DNA of 64,000 nucleotides, taken from the IMG/VR virus record IMGVR_UViG_2654587547_000001, positions 1 through 64,000 of that record; one strand, given 5' to 3'. Positions 45,986-54,973 of this stretch are shown here, one piece after another. Under the pieces are notes generated by a model, which was given only the letters and a program-made list of their open reading frames with translations, searched no databases and was not told the origin of the DNA. Numbering within the stretch: the first letter of the stretch is position 1; each line of letters begins with the position of its first letter. Source of the stretch: a virus (taxonomy: Duplodnaviria; Caudoviricetes). The position numbers were made by a program, and so were the translations under genes.

Positions 45986-47579
45986 CGCTCTCTCCTTTCT
46001 CGCCCGTCTGTGTAGCTGTCAAGGATTGCTTGACTACTGAATGCTGGTCAGCGGTTCCCCACTTCGCGCGGGTAGCGTTGAAACAGTCGGGCGCGCGTCG
46101 ATTCGGGTGGTTGGGGTCTTTCGACCCGCAGCACAGCCAGTACTTCTGCTGGCCATCCCCCGCACCCTTCGCGCAATCCCCGCCGTCCAGAACATCGGCC
46201 ATGGCTCGACCGCCGAAGCTGCGAGCGATGGCGGCAGCCTCCTTGCATTGCGCTTCGGTCGGGCCGCCGACCTTGTCAGCCTGGGTTTTGAGGGCGCGTT
46301 CGAGTTCGTCGTATGCCTGACGGATACGGGCTACTTCGTCCATGACCGGCGACCGATAGATCAGTTCCTGGTCATCTGACTTTCGCGTGTCCGGCCCATC
46401 AGCCCTAGCGATGTCGGCAAGTGCCTTGATAACCTTCGATCCGCAAGTCTTGATTGCCTGGCGCGTAGCGTCCGCCTCGCTGGCCTGGGGCGCGGCACAG
46501 GCGCGTGGGTGTAGACGGTCGTATTCCGTCTTAGCTGCTGCGAACGCGGCTTCTCGATTCGGCCATTCTTTGTTGAACGCCTCACCGCACGCCTTGAACG
46601 TGCTGACAGGGGCGTAGCCATTGCCGTCCGTCAGGTACTGGTCTGCGAAGTCGCCAAAGGCGTCATTGGCGTCGTCGGTATGCGCCTCCCCGGATACAGG
46701 GGCGCTTGCCAGCCGTGCTTTCAGTCGCTCCACGGCGTCCATCTGCGCAATGGCGGCATCGCCGGGGACGCCTGCCATGTTCAGGGCCATGTCCAGATCG
46801 TCGTCGCCCGTATTCCAGGTTTCCCGCTCGTCGGCTACAGGGGCGCTTGCCGGCAGTCGCCGAATGCCAAGCTCCCATTCTTCCAATTCCTCATCCAGGA
46901 CATTTATGTGCCGCTTAACGTCTTCCACGGAAGTCGCGTAGACCTCGTGACCCATGCCGTCGTCACCCGGGACAACTTCCAGCAGGATCGACGTAACAGA
47001 CTGCTCCCCGACTACAGGGGCGCTTGCCAGGGCGGCGAGTTCTGCTGCAATTCGGGTTTCCACATTGCGGCGAGCAATCGAACGAACGGACAGCAAGGTG
47101 CTGGACACCATGCTTTCGCCGTATTCGCTGACGTGTTCCAGAATTCGTTCCAAGGGCGAACCCTCGGCGTCCGCAGACTTGCGCCAAAGCTGCGCAGCCA
47201 GGAATGGGTCCTTCGCCAGTTGTTCAACCGAAACCCCTTGAGGGTTGCAGGCGCTGCACGGAATCGACTCCGGGTATCCAGTGGTGTGGCTGGTGTACCA
47301 GCCGGGTCCGCCGCATCGCTTGCACCGCTCATCGGCCACCGGCTCGCCCGCCTGCACGCCCTCCGCGCGCAGCTTGGACAGCGCATTGACTACGGCGTTG
47401 ACCATGTTTTTGCGAATATCGAAGGCGACAGACACCGGAGAGGCTACCGGCTCGCGGCCTTCACGGGCGGCTATGCGGGTCATCGTGTCGTAACACTCTG
47501 CGTAGATTTCTAGAGCGCGGCGCACCGCTTCGATTTCGTCATCCGTCAGCCCAGGCTGGGCGGCGTTGTTCTCAGTCAT
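45978..47579 (-). CDS. Mosaic early-left protein, 533 aa
   Basis: Same start, linkers and end as 2688-3737; three ASAPV repeats. Confidence 0.85.
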   Translation of the reverse strand: MTENNAAQPGLTDDEIEAVRRALEIYAECYDTMTRIAAREGREPVASPVSVAFDIRKNMVNAVVNALSKLRAEGVQAGEPVADERCKRCGGPGWYTSHTTGYPESIPCSACNPQGVSVEQLAKDPFLAAQLWRKSADAEGSPLERILEHVSEYGESMVSSTLLSVRSIARRNVETRIAAELAALASAPVVGEQSVTSILLEVVPGDDGMGHEVYATSVEDVKRHINVLDEELEEWELGIRRLPASAPVADERETWNTGDDDLDMALNMAGVPGDAAIAQMDAVERLKARLASAPVSGEAHTDDANDAFGDFADQYLTDGNGYAPVSTFKACGEAFNKEWPNREAAFAAAKTEYDRLHPRACAAPQASEADATRQAIKTCGSKVIKALADIARADGPDTRKSDDQELIYRSPVMDEVARIRQAYDELERALKTQADKVGGPTEAQCKEAAAIARSFGGRAMADVLDGGDCAKGAGDGQQKYWLCCGSKDPNHPNRRAPDCFNATRAKWGTADQHSVVKQSLTATQTGEKGESDA

Positions 47580-48334
47580 GCGGTGTACTCCAGTTCGGCC
47601 GTCTCGCAGAAGAATGAGCAGGACGGCAGCAATTCGTTGCGGCGTGCGGGGCCATCCGGCAGATCGCGTAAGGAATAGCGCTCGCCGGTCTTGCGGTTGC
47701 GGAACAGGTGGGAACCGGGGCCAATTTCGTCCTGCACCTGGCACAGCGTTTCGAATTCGGCGGGGAAGTCCTGGCGGATCGCGCGGAAGTAGCCCTCGCC
47801 GCCTTTCACGCATCCGATGCAATTCGCGTTGTCGTAGCCCAGGCGGTACATGTAAGGCAGTTCGATGCCGGCCCGTTCGATCATGGCCTTGCAGTCGTCT
47901 TTGCTAAGGCCGCGCTCGATGAGGGGAGCAAGGACCGGGCGGTCCGGATTGCGCTCGCGGAAGTCGTCGAGACGGTCGGATTCTTCAGCCGTGTAGCCGA
48001 ACACCATCACATCGCCGGGGAGTGCGAACGTATCCAGCAGCCGGCGCTTCAATTCGCGCGAGCAGGGAGCGCCGTGCGGGCCTTTCATGAACTGCTTTCG
48101 CCGAAATACTTGGATGATGTCCGCCCCGTACTTCAGATCGCGTAGGATGGTAACTTCGCGCCCGAACCAGGCTTTGCAATCACTCAGAAAACGGCTGTTG
48201 TCCGCATGCTCGTTCACCAGGAAGGCGTTGATGATGTGCACTTCATGAGTGTCGCCGTACTGGGCCAGCGCCAGCTTGGTGGCGACGGCGGAAGCAGCAC
48301 CGCAGGAAAACTGGCAGACGATGCGTTCCATCAC
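47576..48334 (-). CDS. PAPS-reductase-like (PP-loop) protein
   Basis: FSCGAASAVA; CSRELK; GYDNANCIGCVKGG; CSFFC. Confidence 0.8.
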   Translation of the reverse strand: MMERIVCQFSCGAASAVATKLALAQYGDTHEVHIINAFLVNEHADNSRFLSDCKAWFGREVTILRDLKYGADIIQVFRRKQFMKGPHGAPCSRELKRRLLDTFALPGDVMVFGYTAEESDRLDDFRERNPDRPVLAPLIERGLSKDDCKAMIERAGIELPYMYRLGYDNANCIGCVKGGEGYFRAIRQDFPAEFETLCQVQDEIGPGSHLFRNRKTGERYSLRDLPDGPARRNELLPSCSFFCETAELEYTA

Positions 48335-49458
48335 GCCTCCTTCCGCTGGGACTGCTGGGCAATGGCGGCGGCTTCTGCTGCGGATCGGATATGGTCCATG
48401 TACGCCCAGGCGACAACGCGGCTAGGGTCCATTCCTGAACGCCATGCCCCATTGAATCGAGCGGCTTCCAGTGCTTCCTTGTCAGAGCTAGGGAGAACCA
48501 ATTGGCTTGCTTCGATATTTCCCCGAGCAGTGATCACGGCGCACCACTTGGATGACCACTGGCCCGCATAGCTGGGTGAGTATTCAACGAGATCCGGCAG
48601 ACCCTCCGAAACCGGGGTGAACCTGATATTTAGAAGGCTGGCTGCATCCAGCGCATCGCCAGCAGCGGGAGCGCTGACCTTGGCGGCAATGGCTTCTTCC
48701 AGCGACACCAGATCGCGGCGGAAATGAACCTGGTCATGGCCGTAGCCGAAGCGCGCGCACAGACTGCGGTGGAAATTCTTGTACTCGCCGTAGATCTGCA
48801 AATGCTGCATCCGCTCGCTCTGCAATGCTCTAGCGAGGTTCTTGGCAGCGTCTGCCGCGCTACCGGAGCCGTCGCAATGCGTGCAGTCGATGTCCACGTC
48901 ATGGGCATCGGGGCTGTTGTCGCTCAGAACGCTTATGCGACCGCCGCCATCACATTCCGGGCAGTAGGGCGACATGCCGGAGCGGTCCTGTTCCTCCCCC
49001 GTCGCTCCGGTGGGTATAGGGTGCGAGGTAGGGGCGGGACGTGCTGGCGGATATGCTTCGGCGGTCATGGCCTGCTCAAGAGCAGTGCGGAGGTTTTCGT
49101 TCCAGTCCTCACCGATGACGCGCTCTTGCGGTTTCTCCATGAAGTGAGCCACGATTTCAATGCCGATGTTGTAATCACCAGCGTCACCATTCGACGACGA
49201 CAGGAAGCGCACATCCCAACAACCGTCTTGGATGGCTTCCAGCAATTTGCTATCGCGCTTCCATTTTTCAATTTCCTTTTTGTCGAGAGATTCATCCGAT
49301 GCCGATTCGGCAAGCATGCTCTGCCTAGCGCTGTACAGTGCGAGCCGGACGCTTTCAGCTTCATGGACGCCATTCAGCTTCCACAGCAGGGTTTCCAAGT
49401 CTCCAGACCGTATCAATTCATGGATCGAACTCGGGACTAGCTTCCATTCTGTGTTCAT
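48331..49458 (-). CDS. Mosaic early protein with a CxxCxGxG Zn finger
   Basis: MNTEWK start and PTSHPIPTGATG / APAAGDALDA linkers shared with 4358-5218. Confidence 0.8.
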   Translation of the reverse strand: MNTEWKLVPSSIHELIRSGDLETLLWKLNGVHEAESVRLALYSARQSMLAESASDESLDKKEIEKWKRDSKLLEAIQDGCWDVRFLSSSNGDAGDYNIGIEIVAHFMEKPQERVIGEDWNENLRTALEQAMTAEAYPPARPAPTSHPIPTGATGEEQDRSGMSPYCPECDGGGRISVLSDNSPDAHDVDIDCTHCDGSGSAADAAKNLARALQSERMQHLQIYGEYKNFHRSLCARFGYGHDQVHFRRDLVSLEEAIAAKVSAPAAGDALDAASLLNIRFTPVSEGLPDLVEYSPSYAGQWSSKWCAVITARGNIEASQLVLPSSDKEALEAARFNGAWRSGMDPSRVVAWAYMDHIRSAAEAAAIAQQSQRKEA

Positions 49459-49462
49459 GCTC

Positions 49463-49618
49463 TCAGGCTCCGAAGAAGAAATTGCCTACGGCTCGCCATA
49501 GGGCGTAAAGGACCACGTACACGGCACTCAGGCCAGCAACAAAGCCCACAAGCCCCGCACGGATTAGCAGGCGCTCAACGAAGTCATATTCAGGTTCGGG
49601 TACGTCGCTGCTATCCAT
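49463..49618 (-). CDS. 51-aa single-TM protein (not in ORF track)
   Basis: MDSSDVPEPEYDFVERLLIRAGLVGFVAGLSAVYVVLYALWRAVGNFFFGA. Confidence 0.6.
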   Translation of the reverse strand: MDSSDVPEPEYDFVERLLIRAGLVGFVAGLSAVYVVLYALWRAVGNFFFGA

Positions 49619-49626
49619 TTCGGATG

Positions 49627-49686
49627 CTCCAGGCAATAGAAGGGCAGCCCCGGACAGACGGCGGGGTACGGGGCTGCGGGGGTAGG
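49627..49686 (-). repeat. Conserved intergenic hairpin plus RBS, copy 2
   Basis: Matches 5364-5422. Confidence 0.9.
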
Positions 49687-49690
49687 GGAG

Positions 49691-50440
49691 TTACGCGGCC
49701 AAGCGCTGGAAGGTCATGCGGCGGTGTGCTTCGCGGGCCTTGTGAACGTCGTCAGCGCAGTACGCGATCAGTTCGGCAATGCGTCCGGCTTTCCAGTAGT
49801 CGTAGACCTGGCTGCCGTCGATCTCGCCCTTACCGGGGAGGCCCAGGGCGGTGCAGAGGTTGTCCAGCGAGATACGGTTGCCGTGTCCGGCCCATTGGGT
49901 CATGGTGTCGAAAACAGAATCGTCCCAGGGACGAGCGCAGAAGGGGATAGCCAGCGGCGGCTGCACGCCCGTGATGACTGCACGCTGGTATATGAACCGA
50001 AGGTCAAAGCCGGTGACGTTGTGGCCGATGAACACCGGGCGGCGGTTCGGGTCGATGCCCTGGCGGATCATGTCGAACGCGACGGACAGCGTTTCCGCCT
50101 CGGTCGACGCATGCGCAACCACCGGGTCTGCGTCATCAAATGCGAGGCCGATCATCAGGACTTGGCCAGATGCACCGTTCAGCGCCGTTTTGCGCCATTC
50201 CTGCTCAGCAAGTTCCGGCCCCTTCGATTCTTTGAAGTTGTTCACCCATTGAGCAATCATGGCGTCTTTGCTGGTGAACTTGATCTGATCCTTGTCCGTC
50301 AGGCCCAGGTCAGCCGCTGCTTGCTCCTTCGTCAGCGTGGACGGCGCCTTGAAGTTCTCCTTGGCGTCGTCAATGAAAGCTTGCAGCGCGCCTTCACGCA
50401 TGTCCGGCAAGGTTTCGATATCGAGGTAGACGTGGGTCAT
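49691..50440 (-). CDS. DEDD 3'-5' exonuclease (PolB-like)
   Basis: LDIET; GHNVTGFDL; YCADDV. Confidence 0.9.
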   Translation of the reverse strand: MTHVYLDIETLPDMREGALQAFIDDAKENFKAPSTLTKEQAAADLGLTDKDQIKFTSKDAMIAQWVNNFKESKGPELAEQEWRKTALNGASGQVLMIGLAFDDADPVVAHASTEAETLSVAFDMIRQGIDPNRRPVFIGHNVTGFDLRFIYQRAVITGVQPPLAIPFCARPWDDSVFDTMTQWAGHGNRISLDNLCTALGLPGKGEIDGSQVYDYWKAGRIAELIAYCADDVHKAREAHRRMTFQRLAA

Positions 50441-50763
50441 TGGCTGTCCTTCGATCCAAGCATCTGCATTTGATCCGCGATGATCTCGGTGACGTATCGC
50501 TTGGTACCGTCCTTCTCGTATTCACGAGTTTGCATGTGGCCCTGGATGAACACCTGCTTCCCTTTCTTCAGGTACTCACCGCAAATTTCGGCAAGCTTGC
50601 CAAAGGCGGTGACGCGGACCCATTCCGTCCCTTCCTTGCTGCTGGTCTTCCAGCCGCAGGCAAGCGAGAAGTTGGCGACGGCGGCCCCCTCAGGGGAATA
50701 CCGCATTTCCACATCCTTGCCGAGACGGCCGATAAATTGGCATTGGTTCAGGTCGTTGCTCAT
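50437..50763 (-). CDS. ssb: SSB without the acidic C-terminal tail
   Basis: OB fold IGRLGKD...YLKKGKQV; ends GSKDSQ. Confidence 0.9.
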   Translation of the reverse strand: MSNDLNQCQFIGRLGKDVEMRYSPEGAAVANFSLACGWKTSSKEGTEWVRVTAFGKLAEICGEYLKKGKQVFIQGHMQTREYEKDGTKRYVTEIIADQMQMLGSKDSQ

Positions 50764-51377
50764 TACGCTGCCTTCTTGAGTTCGCTCATGCGCTGGTTGA
50801 AATGGGCCGTGGCTGCGCGCTTTTGGTCGGCAGTCAGGCCGTTCATGATCTTTACGAGGTCCGGTACAGACGCCGCCGCATTCATCTGCGCGGTGACTTC
50901 AGCGTCCATTTCGGCGGGTGCCGCTGGGCTGTCGTCATTCGCGGATGCGACTTGGTGGGTATGCCCGTCCGCGTCGTTGTCGCCCTCGGTGGGGATGCAG
51001 AACGCTTGGAACGCGGCGTACTTGTAGGCGGCTGACATTGCCTTGTTGGTGGCCTTGTCGCCGCTGTCCATCGCCTCGCCAAACGTCTTGACCGTGTGCT
51101 TGCTGCCGTCTGCGGTAGACACGAAGTCGAATTCGGCCTCTACCGTGATGTAGAACAGCGCACCACCTTGCTTGCTGACGCGCTCCACCGACTCCCGGGA
51201 AAGCACACGCGGCAGGATGCACAGCCCCTTGTCGGCCAACAGCGGCGCCAGGGCGTTGTAGATGTCGTCAATGCCCCGGAAGTTGTACCCGGAGCCCTGC
51301 GTGTTCCTGCGGTCCTTGCTGATGCCGATCTTGGCGAGTTCCGCCTGCACGGCATTGATTGCCTTGTAGACTTCCAT
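50763..51377 (-). CDS. ERF-family ssDNA annealing protein
   Basis: YNFRGIDDIYN...GEAMDSGDKATNKAMSAAYKY. Confidence 0.9.
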   Translation of the reverse strand: MEVYKAINAVQAELAKIGISKDRRNTQGSGYNFRGIDDIYNALAPLLADKGLCILPRVLSRESVERVSKQGGALFYITVEAEFDFVSTADGSKHTVKTFGEAMDSGDKATNKAMSAAYKYAAFQAFCIPTEGDNDADGHTHQVASANDDSPAAPAEMDAEVTAQMNAAASVPDLVKIMNGLTADQKRAATAHFNQRMSELKKAA

Positions 51378-51451
51378 GGTCTTGCTCCTGATGTTCGAGT
51401 TCTTGCTGGTAGGCCATCGCGGCGGATTCGTCGTCGTGGCTCATGGCGTCC

Positions 51452-52549
51452 TCAGTATGAAATTTTGATTGCGGGGATTTCCCCCTTGGCGATCAGCGTG
51501 ACGGCCAACTTGGCGCACTCTTCGGTCATGCCGCCTTGCACGAAGGCCGACAGCGCGGCGCGGTTGACCTTGCCCTTGTGGGCTTTGTCGGCCTCACGAC
51601 TGGCGGCTTCGGCCTCTTCCGCTGCCTTCGCGTCGGCCTGGCGCTTGATTTCTGCCTGGCGCGCAGCTTCGGCGGCTTGCTTCTCGCGCTCAAAGCCGGC
51701 GATACGATCCTGCTCGGCGCGTTGCTCGGCGGCGATCCTGTCCGCCTTGGCCTGGGCGGCTGCTTTTTCTGCCTGCTCGGCTTGCAGCTTCAGTTCAAGT
51801 TCGCGGCGGTCAGCTGCGGCTTTGGCTTCCTGCTCGCGGCGGATCACGGCCTCGCGTTCGGCCTGGGCGCGGGCTTCGGCTTCGCGCTGGGCTTGCTCGG
51901 CGGCTTCGCGGGCAATGCGCTCTTCGCGCTCTTTCTGCTCGCGGGCAGCTACCTCGGCACGCAAGCGGGCCAGTTCGGCCTGCTCGGCGTCGTACTTTTC
52001 GCGGGCCACCAAACGGTCACGAAGGCCGGACAGCGCCTTGTCCTTAGCTCGGGCGGCTTCCGCTTCGAATTCTTCCCATTCGGGACCGATGGCGATGGCT
52101 TCCACGGCGGCGAGGGCGGCGCGCAGTGATTCTGCGGATTCATTGCAGTTGACGACCAGAGACGCAATGCCCTCGACTGCATCCTTGTGACGCTGTACGC
52201 GGTCTTCTTCGGCCTGCTCCCACTCCGTCAGCGGCCGGCGCACGTCGTCAGCCAGGGCGTCCAGCGTGTCGCGCATACGCTTGCGCTCGGCGTCGATGCG
52301 CTTCGGCACATCTTTCAGGTCATCCACCAACTGTTTGCCAATCCCGTCCAGGGCGGTCTTGACCTTGCGTACCTTGAAAGCCAGGCTGGCAATAGCCTCG
52401 CGGCCCTTCTTGGTCTTGAGGTCAGGCACATGCCCAGTCACCTCGGCGCGGATCTTCTCCAGCCAAGGCTCCAGGCCGCTGGGCTTGGAGTACACGGCCA
52501 GCGCGGATTCCTTCGGCGGCAGTTCCGCAAGTTCGGTCGTCTCGGTCAT
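51452..52549 (-). CDS. Long coiled-coil phage protein
   Basis: Paralogue of 7344-8441. Confidence 0.9.
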   Translation of the reverse strand: MTETTELAELPPKESALAVYSKPSGLEPWLEKIRAEVTGHVPDLKTKKGREAIASLAFKVRKVKTALDGIGKQLVDDLKDVPKRIDAERKRMRDTLDALADDVRRPLTEWEQAEEDRVQRHKDAVEGIASLVVNCNESAESLRAALAAVEAIAIGPEWEEFEAEAARAKDKALSGLRDRLVAREKYDAEQAELARLRAEVAAREQKEREERIAREAAEQAQREAEARAQAEREAVIRREQEAKAAADRRELELKLQAEQAEKAAAQAKADRIAAEQRAEQDRIAGFEREKQAAEAARQAEIKRQADAKAAEEAEAASREADKAHKGKVNRAALSAFVQGGMTEECAKLAVTLIAKGEIPAIKISY

Positions 52550-52550
52550 G

Positions 52551-52715
52551 TCAGTCCTTTGCGGCGTATGCGGTTTTGCTGCCGCCGTCCTGGGTGGTGA
52601 GGGTGGGGGATTGGGCGTCAAGCGTCGGGCCCAGTACGCAGGACATGAAGACGCCGGCGCAGAGGGCAGCGGCACCGATCAGAAGGTCGCCGTGGGCGCG
52701 CAGGAGGCGGATCAT
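52551..52715 (-). CDS. Small single-TM protein
   Basis: MIRLLRAHGDLLIGAAALCAGVFMSCVLGPTLD...YAAKD; homologue of 8443-8601. Confidence 0.7.
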   Translation of the reverse strand: MIRLLRAHGDLLIGAAALCAGVFMSCVLGPTLDAQSPTLTTQDGGSKTAYAAKD

Positions 52716-53341
52716 TGCTGCTCTCCCTTGGCCTTGTTGATCGTGGCGCGCGCATGGTCGACGGCGTCTTGCAGAACCTTCCGTTCGCCCGCGTGAGGAA
52801 CACCGACAGCGCAGGCGCCGATGAGCATGATTTCCAGCGCTTCCAGCAAATCAGGCGCGGCGCGGCCTCGTGTCTCGCGGCGGATGCGCTCGATTTCGAG
52901 CGGGTTATTCAACGTGGGCGTTTCGCCCCAGGCGCAGCAGACAAATTTCCAGGAGTTGAGCTGCCACGGGACCGGATTGCAGATCACGCCGCCATGCGGG
53001 TGTACTTGGTGCGCAGTGATGCCCGGGACCTTTCCGCAGCGCGAGCAGGGTGAAATCTCAAGGCCTTCAATGCCCAGCACCGCCGGTGTGCGCTGGTACT
53101 TGCCCGGCACAAAGGCCGTCGGGCGCCATTCGACTTCGCACTGCACGAGCACGCGATAGCCGTCCCAATAGTCGAATTCCGGCGAAAGCACATCCGTGCC
53201 CCCAGCGCCGCGCATCCGCATTTTGGCGGCCACGATCAAGACCATGCCCGGCACAGTGCTGCTAGGTACGCGCCATTCGTACATGCCCGCCTCGGTAGGC
53301 ACTTGATCCTTGAGGCGGACCCAGGCGTTATTCGTCGTCAT
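52712..53341 (-). CDS. Hypothetical early protein
   Basis: Coupled ORF; CxxC; C-terminal AAPDLLEALE module. Confidence 0.75.
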   Translation of the reverse strand: MTTNNAWVRLKDQVPTEAGMYEWRVPSSTVPGMVLIVAAKMRMRGAGGTDVLSPEFDYWDGYRVLVQCEVEWRPTAFVPGKYQRTPAVLGIEGLEISPCSRCGKVPGITAHQVHPHGGVICNPVPWQLNSWKFVCCAWGETPTLNNPLEIERIRRETRGRAAPDLLEALEIMLIGACAVGVPHAGERKVLQDAVDHARATINKAKGEQQ

Positions 53342-53676
53342 GCTTCACCTCGCGCGGCCAGCATGGCTTTGCTGGTCAGCCACGCCTGATCAAAGGCGCG
53401 CATCGCGGCGTCAGGCGTGTCACCGAAGCCGCACACGCCGTCCTGCAAGTTATCGCCGTACAGCGCGCACCATTGATTGCCGTCCATGCTGATCGCGGGG
53501 CGGAAGACAGCGGCGGGGCGCTGCATTTCGTTGGTGATTTCCTGCGCGGCGCAATGAATGATGTGGTTGGCGTTGCCGAAGGCATCGCGCATGGCGCTTT
53601 CCACGGCTTGGCCAATGTCGGCGTTGCCGATGCGGCTGCGCACTGCGTCAAATACGGGTTGGTAGGTATCGCTCAT
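53338..53676 (-). CDS. Hypothetical phage protein
   Basis: DGNQWCALYGDNLQDGVCGFGDTP. Confidence 0.75.
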   Translation of the reverse strand: MSDTYQPVFDAVRSRIGNADIGQAVESAMRDAFGNANHIIHCAAQEITNEMQRPAAVFRPAISMDGNQWCALYGDNLQDGVCGFGDTPDAAMRAFDQAWLTSKAMLAARGEA

Positions 53677-53782
53677 GCTTCGCTCCACGGATCGAGGCGG
53701 ACGTGCAGGCGCGAAAGGAAGTCGCCCACACGGCCCAAGGGGTACGCGGCGATCAGGCCGCACAGGATGAAAAGGGCGAGGG

Positions 53783-54148
53783 TCATTTGCGCGGCGCCAG
53801 TTCAAACCGGACGTCAAGCTGGCGCTCGGGGTCTTCGATCGCGTCCGCCACCGTCTCCACGTAATGCGCGCACGCGCCGTCCATGAACCGGGTGAACAGT
53901 TCGCCAATCCGGCCGAACGTGTCACCCATGGCGTAAGCCTTGGCCACGCTCTCAAAGGCTTCCGTCAGCGACTTGTCGCCAATGCTGTCCTCGTAGATCG
54001 CGTGCGCCACCGTCGTGCGGTTGGGCTCGGCCACCGCGTAAGTGATGACCTCTTGCATGCAGTCGCGCAGGGCTGCGCGCACGTCGCCGGCCAAGTCCAT
54101 GCGAAGCTCTTGCTCGGGCGAAATCTTGAAATCGGGGCGGGCGTTCAT
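53783..54148 (-). CDS. Hypothetical protein
   Basis: In-operon ORF. Confidence 0.7.
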   Translation of the reverse strand: MNARPDFKISPEQELRMDLAGDVRAALRDCMQEVITYAVAEPNRTTVAHAIYEDSIGDKSLTEAFESVAKAYAMGDTFGRIGELFTRFMDGACAHYVETVADAIEDPERQLDVRFELAPRK

Positions 54149-54149
54149 C

Positions 54150-54551
54150 TCAGTTCCGCCCTTCACGGTCGATCAGGTCGGCCAACTCGCCGTAGTGCGC
54201 GGCAGCGCGAGCCCGCTCCATGTGCCGGTTCTCAGCCAGCACGCGGTAATAGCCCGGCAGCACAGCGGCACGGAAAGCCAGATAGTCGGAGCCCACGTTG
54301 CACGCCACACGCAGCGCCGTGCGCGCCGCAAGGCTGGCCGGCTGGCTGAACTGATCGCCGAACCAAAACTTGCGCGACTGAAAAACCTTGTCCTGCGCGC
54401 TGGGGCGATTTGCCGGGTTCAGGCGATAGCCCACGATGCGGTCCCGAGTGAAGTCGCGCACCATCGAGCGCAGGGCCGACAGGTTCAGGAGGTATTCCGT
54501 TCCCTGGGCACCGATGCGCGCGGCGCGCCGTTGGATGCGATTGCGGTTCAT
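54150..54551 (-). CDS. Hypothetical protein
   Basis: AGGAG RBS. Confidence 0.7.
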   Translation of the reverse strand: MNRNRIQRRAARIGAQGTEYLLNLSALRSMVRDFTRDRIVGYRLNPANRPSAQDKVFQSRKFWFGDQFSQPASLAARTALRVACNVGSDYLAFRAAVLPGYYRVLAENRHMERARAAAHYGELADLIDREGRN

Positions 54552-54592
54552 GGTGGTCTCCTAGCCCCTACCGGGGCGGGTGGGGGGAAGGA

Positions 54593-54829
54593 TCAGCCGC
54601 GATGGGCGCGCTTGTTGCGGATCCGGTTGCGCTGCTTGGCGGCGGCGCGCTTCGCTTGGGCGACGGAACCGCTGGCGCTTTTGCGGGTGCCGTAGAACAT
54701 GAGCGGCGCGCCAGGCTCGATAGCGACATTGCGGCTGCGCGAGGTCGCCGGGGTGGCACCCGCGGCACCGGTGGCGTTGGCCAGCCCAGCCATCAGAGCG
54801 GCGGCCAAAAGTCGTGAACGTCCCAACAT
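54593..54829 (-). CDS. First pL gene; small protein with a basic C-terminus
   Basis: GGGAG RBS; KRAAAKQRNRIRNKRAHRG. Confidence 0.65.
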   Translation of the reverse strand: MLGRSRLLAAALMAGLANATGAAGATPATSRSRNVAIEPGAPLMFYGTRKSASGSVAQAKRAAAKQRNRIRNKRAHRG

Positions 54830-54873
54830 CCTGTATCTCCCTGGTTGCTCACGGGTTGTGAGTGCATGGGAGT

Positions 54874-54924
54874 AATCTTAGACGCCTAAGATTTGGTGTG
54901 TCAACAAAAACTTAGAGGACTAAG
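54874..54924 (-). promoter_or_regulatory. pL/oL of prophage 2
   Basis: TTGACA-18-TAAGAT; CTTAG-N4-CTAAG palindromes at 54877 and 54911. Confidence 0.8.
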
Positions 54925-54936
54925 ATTGATGTGCGT

Positions 54937-54960
54937 AAAAAAGCCCGCTGATTGCGGGCT
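54937..54960 (-). terminator. cI terminator
   Basis: AGCCCGC-loop-GCGGGCT plus a T run on the minus strand. Confidence 0.8.
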
Positions 54961-54973
54961 GCACTATGCGGCG

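Noticed and set aside
46683-47028. CRISPR-like repeat-spacer array
   Set aside because: The repeats are only about 16 bp with 125-160 bp in-frame coding spacers and no cas genes; reported as protein linkers instead.
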